NCBI GenBank assembly: GCA_963555985.3
Contig: OY820591.1
Coordinates: forward strand, 2,336,001-2,400,000
Length of the DNA stretch: 64,000 nt
DNA from: Dehalococcoidia bacterium
Lineage (GTDB): Bacteria; Chloroflexota; Dehalococcoidia; Bin125
Direction of reading: 5' to 3'
Positions within the stretch are counted from its first letter, which is position 1; each line of letters starts with the position of its first letter. Below, piece by piece: positions 46,759 through 56,621 of this stretch. Below the pieces are notes generated by a model. That model was not told the DNA's origin. It worked only from the letters and a program-made list of their open reading frames with translations, and searched no databases. Made by a program: the position numbers and the translations under genes.

Positions 46759-47940
46759 ATGGAACTGCGATTTTCCGAGGCCGAGGAAACCCTGCGCGGC
46801 GAGGTCCGACAATTCCTGCTCGACCACATCCCCGAACCCGCTTCCAGCGAAGGTCCCGGCGGCGCCCGCGAGAACGATGAGGACTTCGAGAACGCCAAGG
46901 CCTTCAACACCAAGCTCGCCGAGCGCGGCTGGATTGCTCCCGCCTGGCCCAAGGAATACGGCGGTCTGGGCGCCTCGATCTACGAGCAGATCGTCTTCAA
47001 CGAGGAGTTCGGCTACCACGGCGCGCCCGACACCGGCACCCGCGGCTTCGGCGTCGGCATGATCGGCCCGACTCTGATCATCCACGGCTCCGACGAGCAG
47101 AAGGAGCAGTACCTGCCCAAGATCACCTCCGGCGAGCACATCTGGTGCCAGGGCTACTCCGAGCCCGGCTCCGGCTCCGACCTCGCCTCGCTCCAGACTC
47201 GCGCCGTCCGCGACGGCGACGACTACATCATCAACGGCCAGAAAATCTGGACCTCCGGCGGTCACCGCGCCAATCAGATGTTCTGCCTCGTCCGCACTGA
47301 CCCCGACGCGCCCAAGCACCGCGGCATCTCCTTCCTCTTGATCGACGACATCAAGAACACCCCCGGCCTCTCCGTCCGACCGCTGATCAACATGGCCGGC
47401 CGCCACCACTTCAACGAGGTCTTCTTCGAGGACGTCCGCGTCCCCGCCAAGAACCGCATCGGCGAAGAGAACCGCGGCTGGTACGTCGGCATGACCCTGC
47501 TCGACTTCGAGCGCTCCGGCATCGGCACCACCGCCGGCCAGCGCCGCACCCTCGAAGGCATGACCGAAGAGCTCCAGAACGACGCCGCCGAGAGCCGCAA
47601 CCGCTACCGCCTCGGTCTCGCCGATCTCGTCGTCGCCAACAACGTGGCCAAGTACCTCGGCTACCGGATCGGCCACATCCAGGCCTCCGGCGAGGTACCG
47701 AACTACGAGGCCTCCGTGATCAAGATCTTCCAGTCCGAGCTGGGCCAGAAGATCTACAACTACGGCATCAGCATGTTCGGCCTCAGCGGCCAACTCATCC
47801 CCGAAGAGCCGACCGCCCCTTGGGCCGGAGACATGCCCGAGCAATACCTCCTGGCCGTCCCCAGCACGATCTACTCCGGCACCAACGAGATCCAGAGAAA
47901 CATCATCGCGACTCGTGGTCTGGGATTGCCGCGCAGCTAG
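46759..47940 (+). CDS. Acyl-CoA dehydrogenase family protein
   Basis: WCQGYSEPGSGSDLASL, INGQKIWTS, FNEVFFEDVRVP, IYSGTNEIQRNIIA. Confidence 0.96.
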   Translation: MELRFSEAEETLRGEVRQFLLDHIPEPASSEGPGGARENDEDFENAKAFNTKLAERGWIAPAWPKEYGGLGASIYEQIVFNEEFGYHGAPDTGTRGFGVGMIGPTLIIHGSDEQKEQYLPKITSGEHIWCQGYSEPGSGSDLASLQTRAVRDGDDYIINGQKIWTSGGHRANQMFCLVRTDPDAPKHRGISFLLIDDIKNTPGLSVRPLINMAGRHHFNEVFFEDVRVPAKNRIGEENRGWYVGMTLLDFERSGIGTTAGQRRTLEGMTEELQNDAAESRNRYRLGLADLVVANNVAKYLGYRIGHIQASGEVPNYEASVIKIFQSELGQKIYNYGISMFGLSGQLIPEEPTAPWAGDMPEQYLLAVPSTIYSGTNEIQRNIIATRGLGLPRS

Positions 47941-47968
47941 CCCCGCAAGCGTCGCAGAGGAGCGCGAG

Positions 47969-48364
47969 GTGGAGATCACCTACGCCGTCCTCTGCGACGC
48001 CGCCAACCTCAGCGACGACGGCCGACTCAACGTGCTGGGCGCGTTCAATGTGCTGTACGCGGAGGACTTTCCTCACGTTCATCCGGCGATGTCTCTGGCG
48101 CTGCAGTTCGAGGTGGAGCCCGATGACGCCGATCAAGTGCATGAATTCACGTTGCAACTGGTGGATCCCGACGGCGACCTGACCCACGAAAGCTCCGTCT
48201 TTGTCGAGACCATCGGGTCAGTGAATGAGGGCCGGGCGTATCGGGTGCCATCCTTCGAGAAGATTGGGAATGCCTGGCATCCGACACCTGGGGACTATGA
48301 ACTGCGTATCCTCTACCAAGGTGGCCTCATGGCGATTGTCCCATACGAGGTCCTGCGCCTGTGA
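47969..48364 (+). CDS. Conserved hypothetical protein (DUF6941-like)
   Basis: GTG start with RBS GAGG; AVLCDAA..DGRLNVLGAF, FP.VHP, LVDPDG, PG.YELRI. Confidence 0.7.
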   Translation: MEITYAVLCDAANLSDDGRLNVLGAFNVLYAEDFPHVHPAMSLALQFEVEPDDADQVHEFTLQLVDPDGDLTHESSVFVETIGSVNEGRAYRVPSFEKIGNAWHPTPGDYELRILYQGGLMAIVPYEVLRL

Positions 48365-48615
48365 CGTCTTGGGAGGAGAGTCAAGTGCCAGAGGAACGTT
48401 GGCCGCCAACGCCGATCCGCATGAAGTCGACCCGTCGCCGCGTGAACTTCAAGCGAGGATATGGCTATGTCGGCACGCACTCGCCAGAACGCGATGATCA
48501 CGTGAAGATGTTGTTCAAGAACGCCAGCGAGTACGAGCACTTCATCCTCTCGGAAGCAGAGCGTATTCGCGGGCGGGATCGTCAAGGCGATTCTAGTGGG
48601 GAGGCTGCCGGCTGA
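48361..48615 (+). CDS. Small hypothetical protein
   Basis: GTGA overlap with the upstream gene; no recognisable motif. Confidence 0.45.
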   Translation: MTSWEESQVPEERWPPTPIRMKSTRRRVNFKRGYGYVGTHSPERDDHVKMLFKNASEYEHFILSEAERIRGRDRQGDSSGEAAG

Positions 48616-48627
48616 GATCCTGTGTTG

Positions 48628-49590
48628 CTAGGCGGACGTGTCGTCAACGCCGCAGAGCGAACCAAACACGGGCGGATTCCGCTCCGCCTGGTCATCGCCA
48701 ACCTCAATGCGATACTCGCTCAGTTCGGAGTCCCGGCTGGCGTAGATCACTTGCATGGTCCCGTCGGCCTCGGCGGCGATTGGGGCGTTGAGCGAGAACG
48801 CGATGCTCCCCTTGCTGGCGCTCGGCACGGCTTCGTCGTCCAAGACCCAGATGGCTGCTATTGAGCGGTCACCTGCTGATCCCGCGTCCGGCCACACCAG
48901 GATCGCCCCGTCGCCGAGCGCCCGATCGACCAACGTCAACACCCAGGGATGCACCACCGCCTCTTCCCAAAGCCGGCCGCAACCCTCGACCTCTCGCAAC
49001 TCATCAGCCATCTCGCCTGTGAACGCGCTCTCGAGAACTGTGTAGCCCTTGCTCTCTAATTCCTCAACATTCGAGCGCAGCCCATAGTGCTCAATCCGAT
49101 GCTCGACATCCGGATTGTTGATCGTCCGCCGCGCCATGTGATCGTGCAAACCGCCCAGAAACGGCAGCAGCGGCGCATGAGACGGAAACGATCCCTTCAT
49201 CTGCACCGGCTTGTCCCGCGACAAGAATCCGTACTCCCGCTGCGCCCGCGCCTGAATCGCCGCGTCGCCCCCATAGATCGTCCAGCCGATCGGCAGGATC
49301 GCGTTGTAGTCTCCGTCGATCTCAGTGTCCGCTTCGGCGGCAGGTCCGGGACCGACCTCGATCTGCCCCCCGGAGATCGTGAACCAAAAGCCTGCCACGT
49401 TGTCCTGGAATCCGAGGTGCGGCGGCGCGTGCTGCCAGCGTTCGGTCACCGACCACTCAACTCCATCTAGGGCTTCGGGATGTTTGGCGGCCTGCTCCTG
49501 CAAGTAGCGTTCCGCCTCCGCGCACCATTCGCGCGAGGCAAACTCCACCTGCTCGCTCGGGGGCACGGTCGGCTTCGTCCAAGCGGTCAT
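48628..49590 (-). CDS. SCP2-like sterol-carrier domain fused to a degenerate PhyH-like domain
   Basis: EFASREW...AD.EIDGDY (SCP2-like); NVEELESKGYTVLE, EEAVVHP.VL.LV...LG, AIWVLDD (PhyH-like, no HxD...H triad). Confidence 0.6.
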   Translation of the reverse strand: MTAWTKPTVPPSEQVEFASREWCAEAERYLQEQAAKHPEALDGVEWSVTERWQHAPPHLGFQDNVAGFWFTISGGQIEVGPGPAAEADTEIDGDYNAILPIGWTIYGGDAAIQARAQREYGFLSRDKPVQMKGSFPSHAPLLPFLGGLHDHMARRTINNPDVEHRIEHYGLRSNVEELESKGYTVLESAFTGEMADELREVEGCGRLWEEAVVHPWVLTLVDRALGDGAILVWPDAGSAGDRSIAAIWVLDDEAVPSASKGSIAFSLNAPIAAEADGTMQVIYASRDSELSEYRIEVGDDQAERNPPVFGSLCGVDDTSA

Positions 49591-49693
49591 CTTGATCTCC
49601 CGTCCATCTTCCCGCGAACATAGCGAACTCCAGGCAGACTGCGCTTATCTTCCCCCATGAGCGGGTGATCAGCCCCCGCCGAGGGAGACTCAT

Positions 49694-50482
49694 ATGCCCG
49701 AGCCGCCACTGCTCTTTGAGAAAGACCCGGCCAAACGCCGCGCCCTGATGACCTTCAACCGCCCCGAGCGGATGAACGCCATGTCGCCCGACCTCCAGGT
49801 GCTCATGCGTGAGGCAATCGAGGAGTTCAAGAACGATCCCGACCTCTGGGTCCTGATCGTCACCGGCGCCGGCGAGCGCGCCTTCTGCGCCGGCGCCGAC
49901 TTGGGCAGCACCATCCCCAACGCCACCGAGGCCGCGCGCGACGAGCCGCTCAAGGTCAACGAGACCCGCAACCTGCACGACGTGCACAAGCCGGTCATCG
50001 CCGCCGTCAACGGCTACTGCATCGCCGGCGGACTCGAATTCATGCTCGGCACCGACATTCGCGTCGCCGCCGAGCACGCCGAGTTCGGCCTCCAGGAAGT
50101 GCGCTGGGGCATCATCCCGATCGGCGGCTCGCACATCCGCCTGCCGCGACAGATTCCCTGGTGCTGGGCGATGGAAATCCTCCTCACCGGACGCCGCCTG
50201 TCGGCGCGGGAAGCGTTGCAGTGCGGGCTGATCAACCGCGTCGTCCCCGCCGATCAGCTGATGGAGACCGCTAACGGCATCGCCGATCTGATCTGTCGCA
50301 ACGGCCCCCTCGCCGTGCGCACGGCAAAGGAGATCGCCGTGCGCGGCGCGATGGGTATGTCCTGGGAGCAAGCCTGGAGCCTGGAATCCCTGCTCGGCGC
50401 TCGCGCCTTCGGCAGCGAAGACGCAATCGAGGGACCCAGAGCGTTCATGGAGAAGCGCGATCCAGTCTTCAAGGGCCGCTAG
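49694..50482 (+). CDS. Enoyl-CoA hydratase (paralog 1)
   Basis: NRPERMNAM, AFCAGADL, AVNGYCIAGGLE, FGLQEVRWG. Confidence 0.95.
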   Translation: MPEPPLLFEKDPAKRRALMTFNRPERMNAMSPDLQVLMREAIEEFKNDPDLWVLIVTGAGERAFCAGADLGSTIPNATEAARDEPLKVNETRNLHDVHKPVIAAVNGYCIAGGLEFMLGTDIRVAAEHAEFGLQEVRWGIIPIGGSHIRLPRQIPWCWAMEILLTGRRLSAREALQCGLINRVVPADQLMETANGIADLICRNGPLAVRTAKEIAVRGAMGMSWEQAWSLESLLGARAFGSEDAIEGPRAFMEKRDPVFKGR

Positions 50483-50518
50483 GCCGATCCGCTCAAATCC
50501 GAAGTGAGGAGATTATCG

Positions 50519-51307
50519 ATGTCCGACCTACCACTGATCTACGAGAAAGACCCAGCCAACCGGCGCTGTGTGATCACGTTCAATCGACCCGAGCGAATGA
50601 ACGCGATGTCGGTGGAGCTGCTTCGGCTGCTGCGCGACGCGACTGAAGACTTCAACAACGACCCGGATATTTGGGTGGCAATCCTCACCGGTGCCGGCGA
50701 ACGCGCCTTCTGCGCCGGCGCCGACCTCGGCAGCACCATCCCGGCCAAGTCGGCCGGCGCGCGCGACAACCCGCTCCGCGTGCAGGAGACGCGCAACCTG
50801 CACCACGTCTACAAGCCGATCATTTCCGCCGTGAATGGCTACTGCATCGCCGGCGGACTCGAGTACATGCTGGGCACCGACATTCGCGTCGCCGCCGAGC
50901 ACGCCGAATTCGGACTGCAAGAAGTGCGCTGGGGCATCGTCCCCGATCAGGGCGCGCACATTCGCCTCCCCCGCCAAATCCCCTGGGCCTGGGCGATGGA
51001 ACTCATCCTCACCGGCCGCCGCTTGAGCGCCCAAGAAGCGCTCCACTGTGGGCTCATCAACCGAGTCGTCCCGCTGGACCAACTCATGCCCACCGCCCAC
51101 GCCATCGCCGACCTGATCTGCGCCAACGGCCCGCTCGCTGTCCGCACCGCCAAAGAAATCGCCGTCCGAGGCGCAATGGGCATGTCCTGGGAACAAGCCT
51201 GGAGCCTCGAATCCCTCCTAGGCGCAAGAGCCTTCGGCAGCGAAGACGCCATCGAAGGCCCCAAAGCCTTCATGGAAAAACGCACCCCCCAATTCAAAGG
51301 CAGATAA
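50519..51307 (+). CDS. Enoyl-CoA hydratase (paralog 2, tandem duplicate)
   Basis: Same motifs; long stretches identical to paralog 1. Confidence 0.95.
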   Translation: MSDLPLIYEKDPANRRCVITFNRPERMNAMSVELLRLLRDATEDFNNDPDIWVAILTGAGERAFCAGADLGSTIPAKSAGARDNPLRVQETRNLHHVYKPIISAVNGYCIAGGLEYMLGTDIRVAAEHAEFGLQEVRWGIVPDQGAHIRLPRQIPWAWAMELILTGRRLSAQEALHCGLINRVVPLDQLMPTAHAIADLICANGPLAVRTAKEIAVRGAMGMSWEQAWSLESLLGARAFGSEDAIEGPKAFMEKRTPQFKGR

Positions 51308-51320
51308 CCCCACCTCCCCA

Positions 51321-51526
51321 TCTCCCCCTTGAGGGGGAGATGCCCCAGAGGGGCAGAGAGAGTGAAAACGCCGCGACCAGCACAGACAACCCAACCCCAG
51401 CTCCCCTCTCCCCCCCTTTGCGGGGGGAGATGTCGCGCAGCGACAGAGGGGGTCCGCCTCTCCCTGGCATCCCCGCCCCAAACAAGTTCCGTCATACCCG
51501 CGCCCCGTCGCGGGTATCTCGCCGTG
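51321..51526. repeat. Cluster of palindromic repeats (two TCTCCCCC..GGGGGAGA units and one CGTC-tagged unit)
   Basis: Units at 51321-51360 and 51407-51452, and CGTCATACCCGCG..CGCGGGTATCTCGCCGTG from 51490. Confidence 0.85.
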
Positions 51527-51636
51527 ACCAGCACCCAACCCTCTGCCAACCACGACACACCCCCAAATTACCCACCCGAACACCCATCCATATAAGATCA
51601 AGTGTCCTTCATTGAGCAAGAGAGGAACCCCGACCC

Positions 51637-51987
51637 ATGCCCTTCAACTACACCTACCAGTCCGCTATGGCCGGCGTCGGCGAGCTCGCCTTCTGCAAGC
51701 GCCAACCCGGCTACGTCCGCGCCCAGGCCTTCGCCATCCTGCGCCGCGAACTCTCCCCGGCCAACCCCAAGAGCCGCGAGATCCACCACGCGCTCGGCAT
51801 CGCGCCCCACCCCGAACCCGCGCCCCGGCCCAACCATTCCCCCCACCTGCCCGGAGCGCCGCTCACCGCCGAGCAGAAGAAGGCGCTCCACTTGCACCCG
51901 CACGCGATCGCCGTCGCTCTGATGCGCGGCGAAGACGTACCCCTGATGGACGACGACAGTCTCGAAGAAGAGGAGGAACCGCAGTAA
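51637..51987 (+). CDS. Hypothetical protein (116 aa, acidic tail)
   Basis: RBS AGAGG and C-ending codon bias; no recognised family. Confidence 0.6.
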   Translation: MPFNYTYQSAMAGVGELAFCKRQPGYVRAQAFAILRRELSPANPKSREIHHALGIAPHPEPAPRPNHSPHLPGAPLTAEQKKALHLHPHAIAVALMRGEDVPLMDDDSLEEEEEPQ

Positions 51988-52192
51988 TCCCCCGACCGGA
52001 GGGCTGTGCCCAGCCCTCAAGCGGCCGCTCGCCCCTCGTTTTTTTCTCACCGGATCGCGCGGATCACCACTGCGAGTCCCTACCGTGCCGCTTCATCTCA
52101 CCCCGCAAGGAGAGCTGCTGGAGCTGAAACGGACTCACGCGCTCGTATCCTGTCCCTAGCTGCGCGACTGGAAAGCGACGGAGGCACGCAGG

Positions 52193-53359
52193 ATGAGCGA
52201 CCTCACCAGATACGGCGCTGACACCTTGGACGCGAGCCTGCGCTCGCGCTTCATCGAAGGCGTCAACGGCCTCACGATGCACATCCTCGAAGCCGGCTGG
52301 GACGGCGAAGATCGACCCCGCCTGCTGATGCTGCACGGCTTCCCTGAGATCGCCTACAGCTGGCGCAAAGTGCTGCCGCTGCTCGCTGACGCCGGCTTCC
52401 ACGTCGTCGCGCCCGACCAGCGCGGCTACGGCCGCACCACCGGCTGGACGGCCAACTACGACGACAGCCTGATCCCATACGGGATGCTCAACCTCACTCG
52501 AGACGCAGTCGGGCTGGCCAACGCGCTCGGTTGGGACAGCGTCGATGGAGTGATCGGGCACGACTTCGGCTCGCCGGTCGCCGCCTACTGCGCCCTGATC
52601 CGTCCCGACATCTTCCGCTCCGTCGTGACCATGAGCGGGCCCTGGCAGGGGCCGCCCGCCTTGGCGGCGGGCGAAGCACGCGGCTCCGGCGCAGCCGGCT
52701 CCGCCTCCATCGCCGACGACTTGGCCACGCTGGATCGCCCACGCAAGCACTATCAGCTCTACTACTGCACCCGCCCCGCCGACGACGACATGACCAACGC
52801 CCCTCAGGGCGTCCACGACTTCCTCCGCGCCTACTACCACCACAAAAGCGCCGACTGGACACAGAACCAGCCGCACCCTTTGGACGCCTGGACGGCGACT
52901 GAACTGGCCAAATTGCCCACCTACTACGTCATGGATCTCGACGAGGACATGCCCACGACCGTGGCGCACGAGATGCCGTCGGCGGAAGCGATCGCCAATT
53001 GCTCGTGGCTGACCGAGGACGAACTCGCCGTCTACGCAGGCGAATACGCCCGCAACGGCTTCCAGGGCGGCCTCAACTGGTACCGCGCAACCCGAGATCC
53101 GGCCTGCATCGCCCAACTCCAACTCTTCCACGGACGCACGATCGACGTGCCGACGGCATTCATCGGCGGCGCCTCCGATTGGGGCGTCTACCAGTCCCCG
53201 GGAGCATGGGATCGGATGCCAGCCGCCTGCACGAAGCTGCTGGGTCAACACTTGGTTGAGGGCGCGGGCCACTGGGTCCAGCAGGAGCAGCCCGAAGCCG
53301 TGGCTGACCTGCTGCTCAACTTCCTCGATGCCGCAGCGATCGAGGCCAGCGGCGCATGA
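52193..53359 (+). CDS. Alpha/beta hydrolase, epoxide hydrolase-like
   Basis: LHGFPE, APDQRGYG, GHDFGS nucleophile, GGLNWYR, GAGHWVQQE. Confidence 0.93.
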   Translation: MSDLTRYGADTLDASLRSRFIEGVNGLTMHILEAGWDGEDRPRLLMLHGFPEIAYSWRKVLPLLADAGFHVVAPDQRGYGRTTGWTANYDDSLIPYGMLNLTRDAVGLANALGWDSVDGVIGHDFGSPVAAYCALIRPDIFRSVVTMSGPWQGPPALAAGEARGSGAAGSASIADDLATLDRPRKHYQLYYCTRPADDDMTNAPQGVHDFLRAYYHHKSADWTQNQPHPLDAWTATELAKLPTYYVMDLDEDMPTTVAHEMPSAEAIANCSWLTEDELAVYAGEYARNGFQGGLNWYRATRDPACIAQLQLFHGRTIDVPTAFIGGASDWGVYQSPGAWDRMPAACTKLLGQHLVEGAGHWVQQEQPEAVADLLLNFLDAAAIEASGA

Positions 53360-54321
53360 AAGCCGTCGTCTACGACCGCTACGGCACAGCCGACCAACTG
53401 CGAGTCGAGGAAGTCGAACAGCCTGCGCCGGGCCAAGGCGAGGTATTGGTGCGCGTCGTCGCCAGCTCAGTCAACTCCTGGGACTGGCACCTGCTCACCG
53501 GCGGCTTCTTCGAACGCCTGATATTCGGCGCGTTTCGGCCTCGATTTCGCGTACTCGGTTCGGAAATCGCAGGAGTGGTCGAAGCCGTCGGAACCGGCGT
53601 GACCGAGTTCAGCCCCGGAGATGAGGTCTTCGGCGACCTGAGCACGAGCGGTTGGGGCGGCTTCGCCGAGTACGCCGTCGGCCGCGCCGACTCGATGGCG
53701 CGCAAACCGGGCGATGTCAGCTTTGAGCACGCTGCCACATTGCCGCAGAGCGGTCGGCTGGCATTGCATTGCCTGCGCGAGCGCTGGCCAATTCGCTCCG
53801 GCGATCGCGTGCTGATCAACGGCGGAGGCGGCGCGGCCGGGACGATGGCGCTACAGATCGCCAAGCACTTCGGCGCGCATGTGACCTGCGTCGACCAGGA
53901 CAGCAAGCTGGAGCTGCTCCGATCGCTCGGCGCCGACGCCACAATCGACTACCGCCGCGAGGACTACACCCGCAGCGGAGAGCGCTACGACTTGATCTTC
54001 GATGTCGCCGCACATCGAGGCTTCTTCGACGTTCGCCGCGCGCTCGCGTCTGTCGGTGTCTACGTGATGACCGGTGGTCCGGTGCTGCGAATCGTTCAGT
54101 GGGGTCTGGTTGCGCCGATCGCGAGCCGAATCGGGCAGCGCTCGTACACAATCCGCACGCACGAGTTCAATCGCGACGACCTCGCCTGGCTCACCGACCG
54201 CATCGCCGCCGGCGACATCACTCCGGCGATCGACCGCACCTACTCGCTTGAGGAGGTGCCTGACGCGCTGCGCTACTTCGACTCGGGCGAGGTCAAGGGC
54301 AAGCTGGTCATCCTGCACTAA
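53356..54321 (+). CDS. NAD(P)-dependent MDR oxidoreductase (Zn-independent)
   Basis: MKAVVY..YG, SVNSWDW, GGFAEY, VLINGGGGAAG, GKLVI. Confidence 0.93.
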   Translation: MKAVVYDRYGTADQLRVEEVEQPAPGQGEVLVRVVASSVNSWDWHLLTGGFFERLIFGAFRPRFRVLGSEIAGVVEAVGTGVTEFSPGDEVFGDLSTSGWGGFAEYAVGRADSMARKPGDVSFEHAATLPQSGRLALHCLRERWPIRSGDRVLINGGGGAAGTMALQIAKHFGAHVTCVDQDSKLELLRSLGADATIDYRREDYTRSGERYDLIFDVAAHRGFFDVRRALASVGVYVMTGGPVLRIVQWGLVAPIASRIGQRSYTIRTHEFNRDDLAWLTDRIAAGDITPAIDRTYSLEEVPDALRYFDSGEVKGKLVILH

Positions 54322-55385
54322 CGCCTGAGTTGCAGGATCACATCGGCCACGAAACGCTCGCTGCACTCCGAGTAGGGGTGACTCGGATCGAGGGTCGTCC
54401 CCGCAATAAAGAATCGCGTGACGCCCAACTCGATCAGCTCGCCCAGGCGTTGCGCGCAATAGTCGGAAGGACCAAAAATGCCGAAGCTGCTGGCGAACTT
54501 CTGCGTCACTTGCGCCGACTGCGCGCTCCCAGCCTGCGCGTGATGATGCATGTCGTAGCTGTCGTGAATCTTGGTCAGCACTTCGCGCTGGTAGTCGCTG
54601 ACCGGACCCACGATCTCTCCGTACATATTCGAGAAGCGCGCGAACAGCGACAGTCCCGCCGAGCCAATCGAGAGCGCGACTTCGGGATCGTCATGCACGA
54701 CCGCGGGGATGTACGCCCCGAACGCGATCGCCGGGTCCAGGCCGGCCTCCGATCGCGCCTCACGCGCCACCTCCATGCCCCACCGAATCCGTTCCGGGTC
54801 GCCCCCGACCGCGAGGCTGACCTGATCGGCATGACGCGCCGCCGCCGCGATCACCCGAGGCCCGGTCGCAGCCACATCAACCGGCACCTTCGCGTACGAC
54901 GATCCGATCCAGCGAATCCGGCTGGCCTCCGGCGTATCCGCCAGCCCCAGCGCCTCGACGTTGGTCTCCCCAAAAGCCACATCCTCGCCGCGCAGGTAGC
55001 CTTGCAGCTGTTCGAGATATCGCTCGAACGCCGGAACCGCGTGCGGCGCGAGCCCGAGATGCGCCAGCGCAGAGTCGCCGCGCCCGATCCCGAGATAGGC
55101 CCGCCCCCCGCTCTCTGCCTGAATCGTGGCGATCGCAGAGGCCGTCACCGCCGGATGGCGCGTGTACGAGTTCGTCACGCCCGTGCCCAGCTTGAGCCGC
55201 GTCGTCGCATGCGCCGCCACCGTCAGAGCCACATAACAGTCGCCCGCGAGATTCTGGCTGTCGACAAAGGTGATCCCGTCGTAACCCAACTCCTCCGCTC
55301 GCTTGGCCTGTTTGGCGGAGTCGAACACCGCCGGATCAGGACTGCTCGCACGGCCCCGACCGGATGTCCAGAACTCGACGCTCAT
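54318..55385 (-). CDS. LLM-class (F420/flavin) oxidoreductase, paralog A
   Basis: VDSQNL, LGTGVTN..TRH, LGIGRGDSA, VDVAATGPR. Confidence 0.92.
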   Translation of the reverse strand: MSVEFWTSGRGRASSPDPAVFDSAKQAKRAEELGYDGITFVDSQNLAGDCYVALTVAAHATTRLKLGTGVTNSYTRHPAVTASAIATIQAESGGRAYLGIGRGDSALAHLGLAPHAVPAFERYLEQLQGYLRGEDVAFGETNVEALGLADTPEASRIRWIGSSYAKVPVDVAATGPRVIAAAARHADQVSLAVGGDPERIRWGMEVAREARSEAGLDPAIAFGAYIPAVVHDDPEVALSIGSAGLSLFARFSNMYGEIVGPVSDYQREVLTKIHDSYDMHHHAQAGSAQSAQVTQKFASSFGIFGPSDYCAQRLGELIELGVTRFFIAGTTLDPSHPYSECSERFVADVILQLRR

Positions 55386-55400
55386 GTCAGCCTCCATTCG

Positions 55401-56465
55401 TCACTTGAGCTGCGGAACGACTTCCGACACGAAGCGTTCGCTGGACTTCGTGTCGGGATCGTTCGGATCCAGCGGCGAACCGCGGAAGATGAAGCGGTCA
55501 ATGCCGATCTCAATCAACTCGCCGAGGCGCTGGACGGCGTAGTCGGGCGGGCCGAAGACGCCGAAGGCGCGCTCAAACTCGGTCGGAATCACGCCCGCCT
55601 GCGCACTCCCCGGACGGCCGTGGCCATGCATGTCGTAGGCGTCATGGATGTCGGTCAGCACTTTGGCCTGCTCTGCCGTGGCAGGGCCGACGATCGTCCC
55701 GTACATGTTCGAGAAGCGCGCGAACAGCGAGACCTGCCCGGCCCCAATCCGCATCGCCTGCTCGGGATCGTCGTGAACGGCGAGCGGGATGTAGGCGGCG
55801 AAGGGAATCTCCGGGTCAAGTCCCGCCTCTGCGCGCGCCGTCCGTGCGACCTCCATACCCCACAGCGTCCGCTCAACATCCGCGCCGACATTGAAGCTGA
55901 CCCGATCGGCGTGTCTGGCGGCGGCCTGGATCACGCGCGGTCCGGTCGCTGCGACATCGACCGGCACCTTCGGTCCCATGCGGTTCATGTAGCGGATGTG
56001 ACTCGCTTGCGGCGTGTCGGCCAGGCCGAGCGCATCGACATCGCTCTCCTCAAAGCCCACGCTTTCACCGCGCAGGTAGGCCTGAAGCTCCTCCAGGTAG
56101 CGCTCAAACGGGCCGACCGCGTGCGGCGCAAGACCAAGATGCGCCAGCGCCGAGTCGCCGCGACCGATCCCCATGTGCGCCCGTCCCCGGCTCTCCGCCT
56201 GCACCGTAGCGATGCACGACGCCGTGATCGCCGCGTGCCGCGTATAGGAGTTGGTCACGCCCGTGCCAAGCTGAATGCGCGAGGTCGCGTGGGCGGCCAG
56301 GGCCATCGAGATGTAGCAGTCGGGGGCCAGATTCTGGCTGTCGACCCAGACGATGCCGTCGTAGCCCAGCTGCTCAGCCTGGACGGCCATCTGCACGCCG
56401 TCGAAGACGGCTGGATCGGCGCTGGTCGGAACACCGGCGCCCATGGTCCAGAATTCGACTGTCAT
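55401..56465 (-). CDS. LLM-class (F420/flavin) oxidoreductase, paralog B
   Basis: Same motifs; collinear with paralog A. Confidence 0.92.
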   Translation of the reverse strand: MTVEFWTMGAGVPTSADPAVFDGVQMAVQAEQLGYDGIVWVDSQNLAPDCYISMALAAHATSRIQLGTGVTNSYTRHAAITASCIATVQAESRGRAHMGIGRGDSALAHLGLAPHAVGPFERYLEELQAYLRGESVGFEESDVDALGLADTPQASHIRYMNRMGPKVPVDVAATGPRVIQAAARHADRVSFNVGADVERTLWGMEVARTARAEAGLDPEIPFAAYIPLAVHDDPEQAMRIGAGQVSLFARFSNMYGTIVGPATAEQAKVLTDIHDAYDMHGHGRPGSAQAGVIPTEFERAFGVFGPPDYAVQRLGELIEIGIDRFIFRGSPLDPNDPDTKSSERFVSEVVPQLK

Positions 56466-56621
56466 GGTCTGATCTCCTTCGCTGTGCGTTGGAGGGTAGT
56501 CCCTGCCTGTGAGCGTCGGTTATGGGGCATGGCGCTGCTGACGCCTACCGATCAAATTCGCTAGCTTGCGTTGACTGACCACAGCAGCCGCGTGCGTGCG
56601 GCTCGGAGAAGGAGAGCGAGC

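Noticed and set aside
46642-46760. tRNA-Gly as an island or prophage integration site
   Set aside because: No integrase, no duplicated tRNA 3' end seen, and the next gene has host-like codon usage.
54330-56564. Very long antisense ORFs (for example 54330-56564, 14503-16614, 56520-58445, 46147-47979, 7350-8222)
   Set aside because: Shadow frames of GC-rich genes with clear family motifs on the opposite strand.
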